Below are positions 56,616 to 64,000 of a DNA stretch of 64,000 bases, one piece after another. Origin of the DNA: a virus. Taxonomy: Duplodnaviria > Caudoviricetes. The position numbers and the translations under genes were made by a program. Position 1 is the first letter of the stretch, and each line of letters begins with the position of its first letter. The stretch is from positions 198,654 through 262,653 of the IMG/VR virus record IMGVR_UViG_2974670102_000001; one strand, 5' to 3'. The notes under the pieces are model-generated. The model saw only the letters and a program-made list of their open reading frames with translations. It did no database searches and had not been told where the DNA came from.

Positions 56616-57107
56616 TCACAGACGCTCCAGTCGTGGGTCGGGGCGATATGCCCCGCTAATTGCTTCGAGAATGCGTTGGTCCTCACGCGCCTGCCTCGGG
56701 TACTCCATTCCGAAATCGACGCGTCGACGAATCTGTTCCGGCGTAATCGCGTTCCACGCCAGCGTCCAGTACTCGATAGCACGTTCGATGAAGCCGCTGC
56801 GCTCGTGCGCGTAGCCGAGATCGCGAAACTTCATGAAGTTGTTGTCGCTGGCGTAGGCGTATCCACCGATCACGAACTGGCCTTCCTCGTTCGGTGTGTA
56901 GAAGTCGGCACGATTTCCGTTCATGAACACGACGTTGCCGTTGACGCGCGTCATCTGCGCCGGGAACTTCGTGATCTTGCCCAGCAGGCTCACCTGCACG
57001 AACCAGTAATAGCCGTCGTCCAGAAGGTGGAGCGGGATGACGCGATCACTGCTCAACACGGAACGGATTTCCTTCAACTGCATTTCATGCGGCGTCGGAT
57101 CGATCAT
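56616..57107 (-). CDS. hypothetical protein
   Basis: GGAG RBS. Confidence 0.7.
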   Translation of the reverse strand: MIDPTPHEMQLKEIRSVLSSDRVIPLHLLDDGYYWFVQVSLLGKITKFPAQMTRVNGNVVFMNGNRADFYTPNEEGQFVIGGYAYASDNNFMKFRDLGYAHERSGFIERAIEYWTLAWNAITPEQIRRRVDFGMEYPRQAREDQRILEAISGAYRPDPRLERL

Positions 57108-57309
57108 CAGAGGCTCCGGATAACGAGGATGAGCGGTAGAACCACGCCGTAGCCCGCTAGGCAGCCCAGCAGGAATGACACGGGCACCGTCATTTCGATC
57201 TTACGCTTGGTGATAGCGAGTGCGAGACCAGCCACAGCCAGCAGCGCAAACAGCGCGGTGATTTGAAGCATGTCGTTCATTGAACCTCCCAATCAGTTAA
57301 GAGCCGCAA

Positions 57310-57338
57310 ACTATAACGCGATCAGTCTCCGGCGTCAA
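57310..57338 (-). promoter_or_regulatory. sigma70-type promoter
   Basis: TTGACG-17-TATAGT. Confidence 0.75.
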
Positions 57339-57645
57339 GCGCGGCCATCAGACGCGCCGGTATTGCCATGGTGGGGCAGTCGCGGACCGCACCATTTTCG
57401 TGGGTACGCACCTTCTGCGTCGTATAGTCGATGTCGACAACGAATCGACGCTCGCCCGTGACACGGCCCTGACTGTCCGTACCGATCCACGACAGGGAGA
57501 TCAATTCGTGACCGTCCCGAACCAGCGTCCGCATCTGCGATTTGCAGACTCGGCGCGAACGCCACACCATCTTGACTAACTCGTTTCCAAGTTTCACCGT
57601 TTCTTCACGAGCTACCGGCTTTTTGCTCACTTGTTGCGCTCCCAC
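57322..57645 (-). CDS. hypothetical protein (ISxxW paralog group)
   Basis: LISLSW...VDIDYTTQKV. Confidence 0.6.
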   Translation of the reverse strand: MGAQQVSKKPVAREETVKLGNELVKMVWRSRRVCKSQMRTLVRDGHELISLSWIGTDSQGRVTGERRFVVDIDYTTQKVRTHENGAVRDCPTMAIPARLMAALDAGD

Positions 57646-58077
57646 TGAGTTTTGGACTTTTGAATCGAGTCACGCAGAATCTGCATAGCTTGATTCGTGT
57701 CGGTGATACGGGTAGTGCCGTGATTCCTCTACGAAATTCGATATTTGCGATACTCTGTCTCGTAGAACGTTGTGGCCTCTGCAACAGCCGCCACCCACTC
57801 GTCTACGGTCTCGCACTTGCGCGCGTTCCCGTTGAACCACACCCACACAACTCGCGTGTCGTAGTGAATGTAGACGTTGAATTCGTTGTCCGAGTGTACG
57901 AATGATTTCACACTCCGTTGGCCCCAGCGAACAGTTGCTGTCTCCAGCGTGGCGCTCTCACGAGTTGTGCGCGGGACGATGCTGCGCCCACCCCACTGAC
58001 GGCCGAATGCGTAGACGAAGTTCGCCATGGTCTGGGTATCGGGTCGGCGTTGCGCGGCCGATTGAAACCACTGGTTT

Positions 58078-58431
58078 TCAAGCACGGTTGTCCTCCAAAA
58101 TGAGATTGAACACATTTTGGTACTTTTCCGGCCACTCGCTCTCCGTGCTCAAGAAGCGATCCTTGTCTGGCCCGCGACTGAACACAACCAACACTTCTCG
58201 ACGCGTATGGTCGAGTTCGAGTTCGAGGCAGCGCACGCAGTTCAGATCAGTCCCCTCGGGCGGGCTCAGGTCCCAGTAGAGCGAAATCGCGTCCTTGTCC
58301 GCGTCCACCCGCCGCTGGTACATGCGCACGCTCTCGTCTGCTGAAGGCATGAGAATGGCGTGGAGAACCCCCAGCCACTGGAACCCAAACATCACGGCGT
58401 CGTCGCGCACATCGTGACTCACTTCAATCAT
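58078..58431 (-). CDS. hypothetical protein (ISxxW paralog group)
   Basis: DKDAISLYW...LELDHTRREV. Confidence 0.7.
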   Translation of the reverse strand: MIEVSHDVRDDAVMFGFQWLGVLHAILMPSADESVRMYQRRVDADKDAISLYWDLSPPEGTDLNCVRCLELELDHTRREVLVVFSRGPDKDRFLSTESEWPEKYQNVFNLILEDNRA

Positions 58432-58790
58432 ATTCGTGTCCTGTAGATAGTGTCCAACACACGATCCATTACCCACTTCCAATCCTGCTCGTGGTAGATA
58501 GTGGTCGAATCCGGGTGCGGCCCGTTGCGCAGTGCAATCCTCACGTTCTGCACCGCGTAGTTGATCAGTATGGTGAGATCACGCGACAGGTCACTGCCAT
58601 CGATACACCAATGGAACGAGATCGCATCCTCGTCACGCTTCTCGTCCACACAGCGCACCCGGGATTCGAAGCTTTTCAGGTGCGCGTATTCCGGGGCGCA
58701 GAGTTGGGCCAGCAGCACCCGATGGATCGTGACTGATGCCGGGTGGGGTCGACGCGTCAACAGTCTATCCCAGCCGTAGGCTTCAGACAT
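58428..58790 (-). CDS. hypothetical protein (ISxxW paralog group)
   Basis: DEDAISFHW...ILINYAVQNV. Confidence 0.7.
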   Translation of the reverse strand: MSEAYGWDRLLTRRPHPASVTIHRVLLAQLCAPEYAHLKSFESRVRCVDEKRDEDAISFHWCIDGSDLSRDLTILINYAVQNVRIALRNGPHPDSTTIYHEQDWKWVMDRVLDTIYRTRI

Positions 58791-59964
58791 TGGCCAGCCC
58801 GGCGCAGTACATGTGGAACGAGGCGCGGACGATTGCACGCACGTACATGCCGTTCTTGTCCTTCGCAAACACGGCCGAGCCATCAGGCGCGTCCGGGAAT
58901 TCACGCTCCCACGCACGCTCGAAACTGCGTTGGAGAATGCCCTCGTAGCGAGCCGCGACCTTGGCCGGTTTCCGACGCTTCATGCGCGCCAGTTGTTCGC
59001 GTTCTTCCATTTCGCTCCGGTAGTCTTCCTCGTCTTCATCGTCGTAGCGCGGTGCCTTGGCCGGGGTGCGGTCGTCATCGAGGTCGAATTCGGATGCGCC
59101 CGGGCCCGGGGTATGCTCCGTGTCGTCTGCGTAGCTCACGATACCGACCGGGCGATCTTCCTGCTCGATCTTGCCGACTGCTGAGGTCGCGCCCTTGACC
59201 GCGAGGTCCGTGTACGGCACGGACAGGCCGTCGAACTTCGGGTCCGGACTGCTGATCAGGCATTCACCGGCCGGGTACATGGCGACGATCTTGCCCAGTT
59301 CGACGGGCGGTACAACAGCGGTATGCAGCACGCGATCACCGAGGCGGAAACCCGCGCCGTATGCGACCGTCGTCTTGTAGTCCCACGAGCCGAATGCTTC
59401 CTTGACGTTTGCATCGGTGTAGACCACGAGGTCCTTGAAGCGCCACTTCGTCTGGTCGTAGGCCGGGTCCATGCTGCTGATGATGACGGTGCCCGCTTCC
59501 TTGTCCACGAGGCTGACGGAGCCGATACGGAATTGCGGACGATGGGCGAAGGCCACGTTGTCGCGGAAGCGCAGCGGCAGCTTCGGCGCGTCGCAATGCT
59601 GCAACTCGTAGAACTGGTATTCGATGGAATCGGCTTCGCCCGTGTCGTCGTCGATCTCACGCACCTGCACATAGTGCTCGGTGCCCATTTCGTCACCGCG
59701 CGCACCCGTGGCCTCGACGGTGCCCAGATACTCACCGGTTTTGCGGAACGCCACGTGGTCGCCTGTGGTGTACGAACGCGGGCCCGCGATGGGGATCACG
59801 TCTTCCGTCACGTACAACTGCGCTTGCAGCGTACGGTGCGGCGGCTGCACACGAACCGAGACAACGCGTTCACCATCGTCGGTGAGGGCCACCACGTGCC
59901 CGAGATAGACGCCGGTGTGGGCCGCCGAAACCACATGATCGTTGATGTCGATGTTGTAACCCAT
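58783..59964 (-). CDS. protein with four tandem KOW/SH3-like barrels and an acidic linker
   Basis: INDHV..LGHVV, TGDHV..LGTVE, FRDNV..IGSVS, LGDRV..LGKIV. Confidence 0.7.
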   Translation of the reverse strand: MGYNIDINDHVVSAAHTGVYLGHVVALTDDGERVVSVRVQPPHRTLQAQLYVTEDVIPIAGPRSYTTGDHVAFRKTGEYLGTVEATGARGDEMGTEHYVQVREIDDDTGEADSIEYQFYELQHCDAPKLPLRFRDNVAFAHRPQFRIGSVSLVDKEAGTVIISSMDPAYDQTKWRFKDLVVYTDANVKEAFGSWDYKTTVAYGAGFRLGDRVLHTAVVPPVELGKIVAMYPAGECLISSPDPKFDGLSVPYTDLAVKGATSAVGKIEQEDRPVGIVSYADDTEHTPGPGASEFDLDDDRTPAKAPRYDDEDEEDYRSEMEEREQLARMKRRKPAKVAARYEGILQRSFERAWEREFPDAPDGSAVFAKDKNGMYVRAIVRASFHMYCAGLANV

Positions 59965-59981
59965 GATCTTTCTCTCCTTGT

Positions 59982-60026
59982 TTAATCGATTCGTGAATTC
60001 TACGGGGGCTCTTAGCGTTGTGTCAA
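59982..60026 (-). promoter_or_regulatory. sigma70 promoter with ATCGATTAA leader
   Basis: TTGACA-18-TAGAAT-6-ATCGATTAA. Confidence 0.75.
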
Positions 60027-60572
60027 GTGCTGTGTCATGACACTGTGCGTGACGCCGCAAATCCGGTCCTTCTGGGCTTGGCATTCCTTCAGGATCGCGG
60101 CCACCAGCGCCTTGTGCGTTTTGCTCAGCTTGCGCTGGCGCACGAGTGTGGCCATCAGGTCTTCCGTGTCCGAGATCATCTTGAGGGTAGGTTGATCCGA
60201 CACGTTGTGCAGACGATCCGCGAGTTTGAGCACCAGCCCGTAGCTGGAGAGCCCGCGCACCTTGTTCTGCTGGTACGCGAGTTTGCCCAGAACCTTGATC
60301 TGCACTTCGTCGTTCGTGAGTTCCAGAACGAGGCTGGCCACCAGAGGGCCGAACCGGGCAACCAATTCCTCGAACGTTGTGTCCGTGTCCTCCAGAATGT
60401 CGTGGAGAATAGCGGCTACCAGCAACTCGGGCAACTTCTTCGATTTCTTGTAGGCGGCCACGATGTACGAGACGGCCAATGTGTGCGTGATGTACGGATC
60501 ACCGGAACCACGGCGTACCTGACCCGCGTGTTTTTCGTTGGCAAACGCGATTGCGTCGAGAATGATCTTCAT
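60012..60572 (-). CDS. HD-domain (p)ppGpp hydrolase-like (Mesh1/small alarmone hydrolase)
   Basis: AFA..KH.GQ.R..SG.PYITH..AV, AAILHDILEDT, LTND, KLADRLHN. Confidence 0.9.
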   Translation of the reverse strand: MKIILDAIAFANEKHAGQVRRGSGDPYITHTLAVSYIVAAYKKSKKLPELLVAAILHDILEDTDTTFEELVARFGPLVASLVLELTNDEVQIKVLGKLAYQQNKVRGLSSYGLVLKLADRLHNVSDQPTLKMISDTEDLMATLVRQRKLSKTHKALVAAILKECQAQKDRICGVTHSVMTQHLTQR

Positions 60573-61165
60573 GCAGCCTCCTTGAGTTTGGGTAGCCAGT
60601 AACCGATGCCCGGCAGATGATCGAGAATAATAGCACTCTTGTCTCGTGGGCGCAACGTCCCGATCATCAGTCTGTGGCGCACGACCATCAGCAAACGGCC
60701 CAAGTGGTTGGCACCACGTCCACCATAGCGGCCCCAATGCTCGTCACCGTGACGGTTCGTTTCTTCCAGATGTGCGGGCCACGTGTCGACAAGGCGCTGG
60801 GCCAGACGAGGGTCCACAAACTTGGCGCACAGCACCGTGTACATCACCTGATACCGGCGTTTCTCGTTCCAGTCAGAAGGTAATCGCGCGGTGTAACCCA
60901 CGCGTTTCGCATTACCCGGAGACTTGGCCTCTTTGATCTGTTTCTTGTAGGCAGGTCGCGAATCCTTGTGCCACATGTACCAGTGCTCGGAACTGGGTAG
61001 CAGCATACCGAACAACGAGACGGGCACGCCATCGTAGAAGTTCGACAGGAATTCGTACTCGTCGTAGAACCCGTGGACGGGTGGAAAGTCTGGATCGTAC
61101 GAATACGGAAGTGGGGTAGTCACGTCAATCCCACGTGCCACCCCCGAATAGCCTTTGATCTTCAT
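60569..61165 (-). CDS. NADAR (YbiA/DUF1768) family hydrolase
   Basis: FLSNFY, SEHWY...K, AKRVG, DW, VM...L.AKF, WG, G.NHLG.LLM.VR. Confidence 0.9.
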   Translation of the reverse strand: MKIKGYSGVARGIDVTTPLPYSYDPDFPPVHGFYDEYEFLSNFYDGVPVSLFGMLLPSSEHWYMWHKDSRPAYKKQIKEAKSPGNAKRVGYTARLPSDWNEKRRYQVMYTVLCAKFVDPRLAQRLVDTWPAHLEETNRHGDEHWGRYGGRGANHLGRLLMVVRHRLMIGTLRPRDKSAIILDHLPGIGYWLPKLKEAA

Positions 61166-61470
61166 CGGCCCGTCGTGTAGTGCATGAGCCAGACGCGCGC
61201 CTTCGAGTCCGCGATCACACGGCGGATACGGTCCTCGGTAGCCGGGTCCAGTTCGACGATGTACAGCGCGCTTTCGTCTTTCAGGTAGCCTGTTGCGTAC
61301 ACAGTAGTCCACGACATGCAGGTGTGCGGAATCAACATTTCGGCCGCCCACTCTTCGGCCAGCGGGTGGCGCGTGATCACCACGACCTGTTTGCCAGCAC
61401 GTGCCACACACTCGGCCACAAACTTGCGCAGGTGGGTGCCAGTCGGGCCCGCGATTTCACGTTCAATCAT
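61162..61470 (-). CDS. hypothetical protein, possibly a degenerate P-loop
   Basis: IAGPTGTH; ATGA overlap. Confidence 0.55.
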   Translation of the reverse strand: MIEREIAGPTGTHLRKFVAECVARAGKQVVVITRHPLAEEWAAEMLIPHTCMSWTTVYATGYLKDESALYIVELDPATEDRIRRVIADSKARVWLMHYTTGR

Positions 61471-61611
61471 CTTCTTCGTCTTCTCCCATCAATTCGATTT
61501 CGTCTTCCCGCTCTTGGTTGCACGAGACGCACAGGATGTAGCCTACGGGGCCATCCGCGCTGCCGATCCGGGTTTCGCATTCCGCGCAGTAGATGTTCGA
61601 GAAGTAGATCA

Positions 61612-61875
61612 TTAGCCTCGTCCCCGCGCACGTTGTTGTCGGATTGCACGTGCCTCTTTCTTGTTGGGCACATGCTCTCGGGTCGCCAACTCGGCCTTCA
61701 ACTGGGCCAGCGTGATGTAGCGCAGGCCGCCGTCAAACGGGTCGTAATACAGTTCCTCGTCCGGAATGTCGTAGCGGTTGTGGCCGGTACAGCGATAGAC
61801 GCCGACGCGCATCTTCATCAGAACACGCGTATGCTGCGTCTTCAGCCAAGCCACCGGGTCCCAGTTAGGCCACAT
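61612..61875 (-). CDS. hypothetical protein
   Basis: GGAGG RBS; ELATREHVPNK.E...IRQ. Confidence 0.7.
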   Translation of the reverse strand: MWPNWDPVAWLKTQHTRVLMKMRVGVYRCTGHNRYDIPDEELYYDPFDGGLRYITLAQLKAELATREHVPNKKEARAIRQQRARGRG

Positions 61876-62287
61876 GGTGATCCTCCCATTCGATGTAGCC
61901 GCGCTGGAGCATGGTCTTCACCCACCCCAGACGGCATTGGTTGGAGTGCCGGTCGAGGCGTTGGCACAATTCGCGATGTGCCTCGCGGTCAACGATACAC
62001 TCGTTCTCGTTACGTCCTGCCGTCGGTTTTCCGAACTGGTGATAGACCCACGAACACATGGTATGGCCGTTGCCCATAGCGTCGACGAGCGATTCCTCGA
62101 TCATGTCCGCCAACTCGATAGCCGCCTGATTCCGATACTCGCAGTCGGAGCGTCGCGCGATGTCTTCGATCGTGAGGCACAGGTATTCGTCGCCATGATC
62201 AACGACACCGGATTCCTCCAGTTTGTGAGCCACGAGTTCCAGAATCTGAATCTGGTCTTCGTTCAAGTAGCGTCGCTGCATCACCAT
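61865..62287 (-). CDS. C-W-RxxW paralog family member
   Basis: EYLCLTI...TMCSWV...CRLGWVKTMLQRGYI. Confidence 0.8.
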   Translation of the reverse strand: MVMQRRYLNEDQIQILELVAHKLEESGVVDHGDEYLCLTIEDIARRSDCEYRNQAAIELADMIEESLVDAMGNGHTMCSWVYHQFGKPTAGRNENECIVDREAHRELCQRLDRHSNQCRLGWVKTMLQRGYIEWEDHHVA

Positions 62288-62303
62288 CTTGACCTCCTAA
62301 TGT

Positions 62304-62347
62304 TTAATCGATGGGCGCATGTTACTGGCCGACACCGCGCCCGTCAA
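62304..62347 (-). promoter_or_regulatory. sigma70 promoter with ATCGATTAA leader
   Basis: TTGACG-17-TAACAT-6-ATCGATTAA. Confidence 0.75.
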
Positions 62348-62817
62348 GCAGTTTTGTACGTGATCGGGAACTGGTGGCTCGGGGCCCACATCTTGCTCGC
62401 GTCTTCGGCCCAGAACTGGGAGTAGAGCATGAACGCGGCATCTAGCACCGCATCCACCGTCTCACCCATCACCAGATACCGGTCGGTGCTCAACACCATA
62501 GCCTCGTGATGGTCGTAATTGCGTCGCACACGCATACGCGCACAGAACGTGCGCCCCACATTGTGGATCGTGAGCGTCACCCCATGCCCGTGCCAGTTGG
62601 GTGCGTGGTAGGTGAGGACCGCACACGGTTCGGAACGCGCCTTACCCGTGTCCAGCACATTCACGGTCACAGACGCCGGGTTCCACATCACGGTCTTCGC
62701 GTATTTTTCGTGAAGCTGGTTACGTGCATCCTCAGCCGAGGCCGGGAGGCGCAGGTGCTGGGAACGTGCCCAGAAATACCCGGCCGCCGCATCGAACCAA
62801 CCATCACGAGCGGCCAC
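62344..62817 (-). CDS. hypothetical protein
   Basis: GGAGG RBS. Confidence 0.7.
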   Translation of the reverse strand: MAARDGWFDAAAGYFWARSQHLRLPASAEDARNQLHEKYAKTVMWNPASVTVNVLDTGKARSEPCAVLTYHAPNWHGHGVTLTIHNVGRTFCARMRVRRNYDHHEAMVLSTDRYLVMGETVDAVLDAAFMLYSQFWAEDASKMWAPSHQFPITYKTA

Positions 62818-63016
62818 GGCTCACCTCCATGCTCCGGTCGCGGGTTGCAGCATCCGCGTACGAAAACACGTGATCGGGTGGTGATACGTACGCGCCTTCA
62901 CTGATACCGGTCTTCGGATCGTAGAACACAGCGATACCCAGCGGATGCAGCACCTTTTCGTTGATCTCGCGCACGAGCCCGGCAGCGGCCAACGCCCTCC
63001 AATCGATACTTTCCAT
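62804..63016 (-). CDS. hypothetical protein
   Basis: IDW..L...GLV.EIN..VLHPLG.A. Confidence 0.7.
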   Translation of the reverse strand: MESIDWRALAAAGLVREINEKVLHPLGIAVFYDPKTGISEGAYVSPPDHVFSYADAATRDRSMEVSRGRS

Positions 63017-63026
63017 GATTCCTCCT

Positions 63027-63539
63027 TTACCCGTGATTACATTCTTCGGGGATATCGTCCCCGTCCTCTACGTCAGTCATGAACGTCTCGACAGGTGCGT
63101 AGCCCTCCGGCTCGTCACACAGGAACAATTCGTCCTCGACTATGAGAATCGAGCCACCGACCGCCATCGAGACCTCGACTACGGGTTCCTGCGTACCTTC
63201 TACCGTGTGGTACTTGACAACACGGCCGAAGAACGTACGGGGCTCACATCGAACGGCAACCGGATCGCCCGTCGCAAACACGCAACCCGAAGCGGGCTCA
63301 GGGCGTGGGCCTACCGCAAATCGAGCGTGCGTCACGATCATACACGGGGCATTGGGCCCGACGCGCAGACTCGGAAAGTAGCCAGCGTCCTGCGGGAACA
63401 CGAGAAGCACGTTGTGGCTCTCAGCACCAAACGGATTCACCTTCATCCATACGGCACCGTGCAACGTGAACAATTGACCCACGTCCACGGTCGAGAACTT
63501 CACGCGCTTTCCGCTGTTGTAGCAGATACTGCCCTTCAT
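63027..63539 (-). CDS. hypothetical protein with KOW-like domain
   Basis: GGAGG RBS; FATGDPVAV..FFGRVV. Confidence 0.65.
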   Translation of the reverse strand: MKGSICYNSGKRVKFSTVDVGQLFTLHGAVWMKVNPFGAESHNVLLVFPQDAGYFPSLRVGPNAPCMIVTHARFAVGPRPEPASGCVFATGDPVAVRCEPRTFFGRVVKYHTVEGTQEPVVEVSMAVGGSILIVEDELFLCDEPEGYAPVETFMTDVEDGDDIPEECNHG

Positions 63540-63973
63540 ACGGCCTCCCGCTCCCAATCGCCCGCTGCGTCGACCACATCGATCTCGATGTGGCCGCGAA
63601 CCAGCATCGTTTCCACCCAACCAAGACGCGCCTGATTCGAATGCTTCATCCACAGGTCGTGGGCCCGCACCCGCTCTTCGCGAGTCCCGAACGACACTAC
63701 GTCGGGGCTGAGCGGTCGCGGAATGTAGTTGGCGTACGCCATCTGCGGATTCAGCCAGTTCGAGAACGTCGTGTTGTGGCCGTAGGACACGAGACTGCGC
63801 TCGATTGCTTCGATCAGCCGGTATCCCGCATCCTCGTATGCGTTACCGAGCGCACGCAACGCGTCCTGAATCAGGTTGCATAGGTACTCGGAATACACCT
63901 CGTTTTCACCTGTCTCGATCAGGATGCCGCGCACCCACAACAGGATTTTGATCTGCTTTCCGTCAAGCACCAC
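63536..63973 (-). CDS. C-W-RxxW paralog family member (true start may lie beyond the window)
   Basis: EYLCNLI...TFSNWL...ARLGWVETMLVRGHI. Confidence 0.8.
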   Translation of the reverse strand: MVLDGKQIKILLWVRGILIETGENEVYSEYLCNLIQDALRALGNAYEDAGYRLIEAIERSLVSYGHNTTFSNWLNPQMAYANYIPRPLSPDVVSFGTREERVRAHDLWMKHSNQARLGWVETMLVRGHIEIDVVDAAGDWEREAV

Positions 63974-64000
63974 GCGTTCGGACGCGGGCGCGGTTTTTCT

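Noticed and set aside
1-64000. Assignment to a named phage or host, or to a prophage
   Set aside because: No diagnostic marker can be verified without a database; no integrase, att site or host genes are seen.

Overview
The window looks like part of a large lytic (jumbo-type) tailed-phage genome: GC-rich, densely coding, with many ATGA/TGATG-coupled genes. I found no integrase, tRNA, rRNA, CRISPR array or recognisable virion gene. Layout: (i) 1-10.7 kb (+) is a replication/recombination block with an SF2 UvsW-like helicase, a degenerate DnaC/IstB-like ATPase and a DnaB-like helicase. (ii) 10.7-13.1 kb is an atypical switch region with one minus-strand low-complexity gene carrying a perfect (GGCGTG)n repeat. 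(iii) 13.1-35.1 kb (+) and 37.7-64 kb (-) are two convergent arms of small early/host-takeover-type genes driven by about 20 near-consensus sigma70 promoters. (iv) 35.1-37.7 kb is the junction, holding an origin-binding-type helicase-like gene and a structured non-coding region. Recognisable accessory proteins: Thg1-like guanylyltransferase, Rnl1-like RNA ligase, RlaP/YcgL-like nucleotidyltransferase, NADAR, Mesh1/SpoT-type HD hydrolase, two Imm-like proteins, three RMF-like proteins and DUF3850. The most unusual observations are: an 18-member paralog family with a 13-gene tandem array whose conserved C-terminal codons double as the RBS/start of the next gene; about 9 acyl-carrier-protein-like domains in four genes, most lacking the phosphopantetheine serine; and a 17-bp AT-rich motif enclosed by inverted repeats at three strand-switch sites. 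All protein family calls come from motifs read by eye; no database search was run.
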